Shown piece after piece: positions 60,566-64,000 of a stretch of 64,000 nucleotides of DNA (its first letter is position 1; every line of letters starts with the position of its first letter). Location: the NCBI GenBank assembly GCA_021774615.1, contig JAJFIW010000036.1, forward strand, positions 37,318-101,317, in the 5' to 3' direction. Origin of the DNA: Alphaproteobacteria bacterium. GTDB lineage: Bacteria; Pseudomonadota; Alphaproteobacteria; UBA1280; UBA6503. The notes under the pieces were generated by a model. That model had not been told where the DNA came from. It did no database searches and saw only the letters and a list, made by a program, of their open reading frames with translations. Made by a program: the position numbers and the translations under genes.

Positions 60566-62014
60566 ATGATTAGAAATAGTGATGTATTGAAAAATTTAAG
60601 TATAGCTATATTATTAGGAATATTTTCTTTGCTACCGCAAACAGTGGTAGCAGAGCTTCCTGATGTCGCATCATTGGCAGAAAAATACGCCGAAACAGTA
60701 GTCAATATAGCTACTACAACCGAGCCTAAGCCTATTGTACAAGGACAACCTCGAGGTGGTCAGCAAATGCCGCTTCCTTTCGAGGGGACTCCGTTTGAGG
60801 ACATGTTCAAGGACTTTTTTAAGAACTTCCAACCACAGCAGTCACGCCCATCACACTCTTTAGGGTCAGGTGTGGTTATTTCTACTGATGGATACGTTGT
60901 TACTAATAACCATGTTGTCGAGAAAGCAGACGATATTATAGTCCGCCTTTATGACGATACTGAGTATAAAGCTAAAGTTATTGGGACTGACTCTAAAAAC
61001 GATTTAGCACTACTTAAAATTAAACCAAAAGGCAAACTACCTTTTGCAGCTCTTGGTAACTCTGACAATATCAGAGTTGGTGAGTGGGTAGTTGCAATTG
61101 GTAACCCTTTTGGTTTGGGTGGCACTGTTACTGCTGGCATTATTAGTGCTCGTAGTCGCCATATTGGGCAAGGGCCTTACGATAACTTTTTGCAGACCGA
61201 TGCTGCAATTAACCCTGGTAATTCTGGTGGCCCATTATTTAATATGAATGGTGAGGTTATTGGTATTAATACCATGATTATGTCTAGAAGTGGTGGAAGC
61301 CAAGGTATTGGGTTTGCAATCCCAAGTAGTACAGTACAGATGATTGTAGAGCAAATAAAGGAACACGGGCACCCAATCAGAGGTTGGCTGGGGGTTAAAA
61401 TCCAAACAGTTACTAACGATATGGCAGATGCATTAGGGCTTGATAAAGGCGTGGGGGCTTTAGTTTCTGAAGTTGTTGCTGGCAGCCCTGCGGAAAAAGC
61501 CAAAATTAAAACTGGTGACCTTATCCTGACTTATGATGGTAAAACAATTAGCAAAATGGTCGAGTTACCACGTTTAGTAGCGCAAACACCTATCGGTAAT
61601 AAGGTTTCCGTTGATATATTGCGAGGTGGTGAAAATAAACAGCTAACAGTTATCATTGAGCAACTAACAGAAAAAGATATCGCTGAAAAAAGAAATATAA
61701 AACCAGTTGATAATAGCAAGTCTGCCTTAGGCATGAAACTCAGCCCGTTGACTGATCAGTTGCGCGAGCAATACCAAGTAGCAAAAGACATTAAAGGTGT
61801 TTTAGTTGTTGGGGTTGTGCATGGGAGTGCCGCACAGCAAGCAGGGGTGAGAGAAGGTGATATATTATTACGAGTAAACCGTAATAAAGTTAAAACTGTA
61901 CCAGCAGCTATTGGGTCAATTGCTGCAGATAAAGGTACAGCTGTACTTTTATTAATTAGTCGCAATGGCAGTAACACATTTATACCAGTGCGCCGCAAAA
62001 AAGATGAAAATTAA
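60566..62014 (+). CDS. degP: Periplasmic serine endoprotease DegP/DegQ (HtrA family) with two PDZ domains
   Basis: Catalytic triad context (H in TNNHVV; D in KNDLALLK; GNSGGPL) and two PDZ-like segments. Confidence 0.85.
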   Translation: MIRNSDVLKNLSIAILLGIFSLLPQTVVAELPDVASLAEKYAETVVNIATTTEPKPIVQGQPRGGQQMPLPFEGTPFEDMFKDFFKNFQPQQSRPSHSLGSGVVISTDGYVVTNNHVVEKADDIIVRLYDDTEYKAKVIGTDSKNDLALLKIKPKGKLPFAALGNSDNIRVGEWVVAIGNPFGLGGTVTAGIISARSRHIGQGPYDNFLQTDAAINPGNSGGPLFNMNGEVIGINTMIMSRSGGSQGIGFAIPSSTVQMIVEQIKEHGHPIRGWLGVKIQTVTNDMADALGLDKGVGALVSEVVAGSPAEKAKIKTGDLILTYDGKTISKMVELPRLVAQTPIGNKVSVDILRGGENKQLTVIIEQLTEKDIAEKRNIKPVDNSKSALGMKLSPLTDQLREQYQVAKDIKGVLVVGVVHGSAAQQAGVREGDILLRVNRNKVKTVPAAIGSIAADKGTAVLLLISRNGSNTFIPVRRKKDEN

Positions 62015-62985
62015 TGGTAGACAATATCAATAAAACCACCGTCCGTAGGGCGGTGATTTTATTTGGCCCTACAGGATCAGGTAAAACTGCAGCTAGTTTA
62101 GAAATTGCGAAAAAATTCTCAGGGCAAATTATTAATGCCGATAGTCGCCAAATTTATAAGGAAATGCCAATTATAACGGCAATGCCTACTGCTGTTGAAC
62201 AAGGTATGGTTCCGCATCATTTATTCGAAATTCTAGAACCAGATATTTCTTTTTCGGTAACTCAATGGCTAGATTTAGCAAAACAAAAAGCAGAAGAAAT
62301 ATGGCAACAAGGCGGTATTCCTATTTTTGTTGGTGGCACTGGTTTTTACCTTAAAGTGTTAATGAAAGGGATTAGCCCTATACCAGAGGCTGACACCAAT
62401 CTTCAAACAGAGTATCAATATATTCTTGAAGAAAAGGGGATAGATGCACTTTACAAAGAGTTAGAGAACATTGACCCAGAGTGGGCAGGTAACGTTACAC
62501 CACAAGATACACAACGTATTTTGCGAGGTCTAATAGTATATAAACAAACTGGTAAGAAACTTAGCGAATGGCAGAGTGAACCATTAACAGGAGCTCTTGA
62601 TGCTGACTTTTTATGCTTGGCAATTTCACCACCTCGAGAAATTCTAAATGCTCGGATTCATAAACGTTTTTCGATGATGATTGAAAATGGAGTAGTTGAT
62701 GAAGTTCGCACCCTTTACGATAGATATATGCAAAATTTATCTAATATAAATATGTACCCAGCTCTTAAAAGCATTGGCCTTCCTATATATGCTGATTTTT
62801 TTGAAGGGCGAATTTCTCTTACTGATGCTCATGCGATTTCCGAACAACAAACCCGCCGTTATGCCAAACGCCAACGCACATGGCTTCGTAATTCTTACCC
62901 TTCTAATGCTAAAGTTTTTGAGGATGGAAATGACACAGGTGCAATTGTTAGTAGTGTGTCAAAATGGTTCCAGTCATTTGTATAA
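62014..62985 (+). CDS. miaA: tRNA dimethylallyltransferase MiaA
   Basis: P-loop GPTGSGKT, and the motif DSRQIYKEMPI. Confidence 0.9.
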   Translation: MVDNINKTTVRRAVILFGPTGSGKTAASLEIAKKFSGQIINADSRQIYKEMPIITAMPTAVEQGMVPHHLFEILEPDISFSVTQWLDLAKQKAEEIWQQGGIPIFVGGTGFYLKVLMKGISPIPEADTNLQTEYQYILEEKGIDALYKELENIDPEWAGNVTPQDTQRILRGLIVYKQTGKKLSEWQSEPLTGALDADFLCLAISPPREILNARIHKRFSMMIENGVVDEVRTLYDRYMQNLSNINMYPALKSIGLPIYADFFEGRISLTDAHAISEQQTRRYAKRQRTWLRNSYPSNAKVFEDGNDTGAIVSSVSKWFQSFV

Positions 62986-63129
62986 ATAACACTGTTTTTA
63001 GCGTAAATAAACTTTTCTTGTGTGTATGCTTCTTGCACATTGAGCCACATACTGTTATTTTTAAAGGAAGAATTTAAAATAAAAAATATAGTTTACTTCC
63101 AATAGCAAAAAAATAAAAAAGGCGGATAA

Positions 63130-64000
<871 letters not shown>

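Overview
This ~64 kb window is an AT-rich (about 40% GC) chromosomal segment of a Gram-negative bacterium, probably a gammaproteobacterium. The gene content resembles Legionellales-type intracellular or amoeba-associated bacteria, but that placement is low-confidence inference. Coding density is high on both strands. I found no rRNA or tRNA genes, no CRISPR array, and no transposase or integrase.

Housekeeping genes I can read directly from the translations:
- ung (3' end), bamD, recN, ligA
- the rimK trio (AstE/AspA-like, RimK, RimK-associated zinc protease)
- trhO, gor, an MscS channel, lptF/lptG
- an RND efflux pair, cspA, apbC/mrp, crcB
- hflK-hflC-degP-miaA, and the 5' end of mreB

The standout accessory region is a ~12.5 kb island at 22108-34625 that looks like a complete bacterial sphingolipid (ceramide-phospho-headgroup) pathway. 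It encodes:
- an acyl-AMP/ACP ligase, a CerR-like SDR reductase, a dedicated ACP and a serine-palmitoyltransferase-like alpha-oxoamine synthase
- a putative bCerS-like N-acyltransferase and a fatty-acid/sphingolipid hydroxylase
- a head-group toolkit: a DAGK-like lipid kinase, a CDP-alcohol phosphatidyltransferase fusion, two NTP-transferases, a metallophosphoesterase and a Tam41-like NTase-fold protein

Other notable items:
- a eukaryote-like indoleamine 2,3-dioxygenase, divergently paired with a large ThyX-like protein
- three tandem small membrane-protein genes with near-identical promoter, 5'UTR and terminator flanks but divergent coding sequence
- a tandem pair of secreted paralogs with (Pro-Thr)n/poly-Pro or poly-Gly linkers encoded by in-frame hexanucleotide repeats
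- a tandem triplet of paralogous membrane proteins next to a stand-alone DEDDy exonuclease
- an internally duplicated hypothetical protein (effector-like)
- a class III adenylate cyclase with an unusual N-terminus

All functional calls rest on motif recognition by eye from the supplied translations. No database searches were run.
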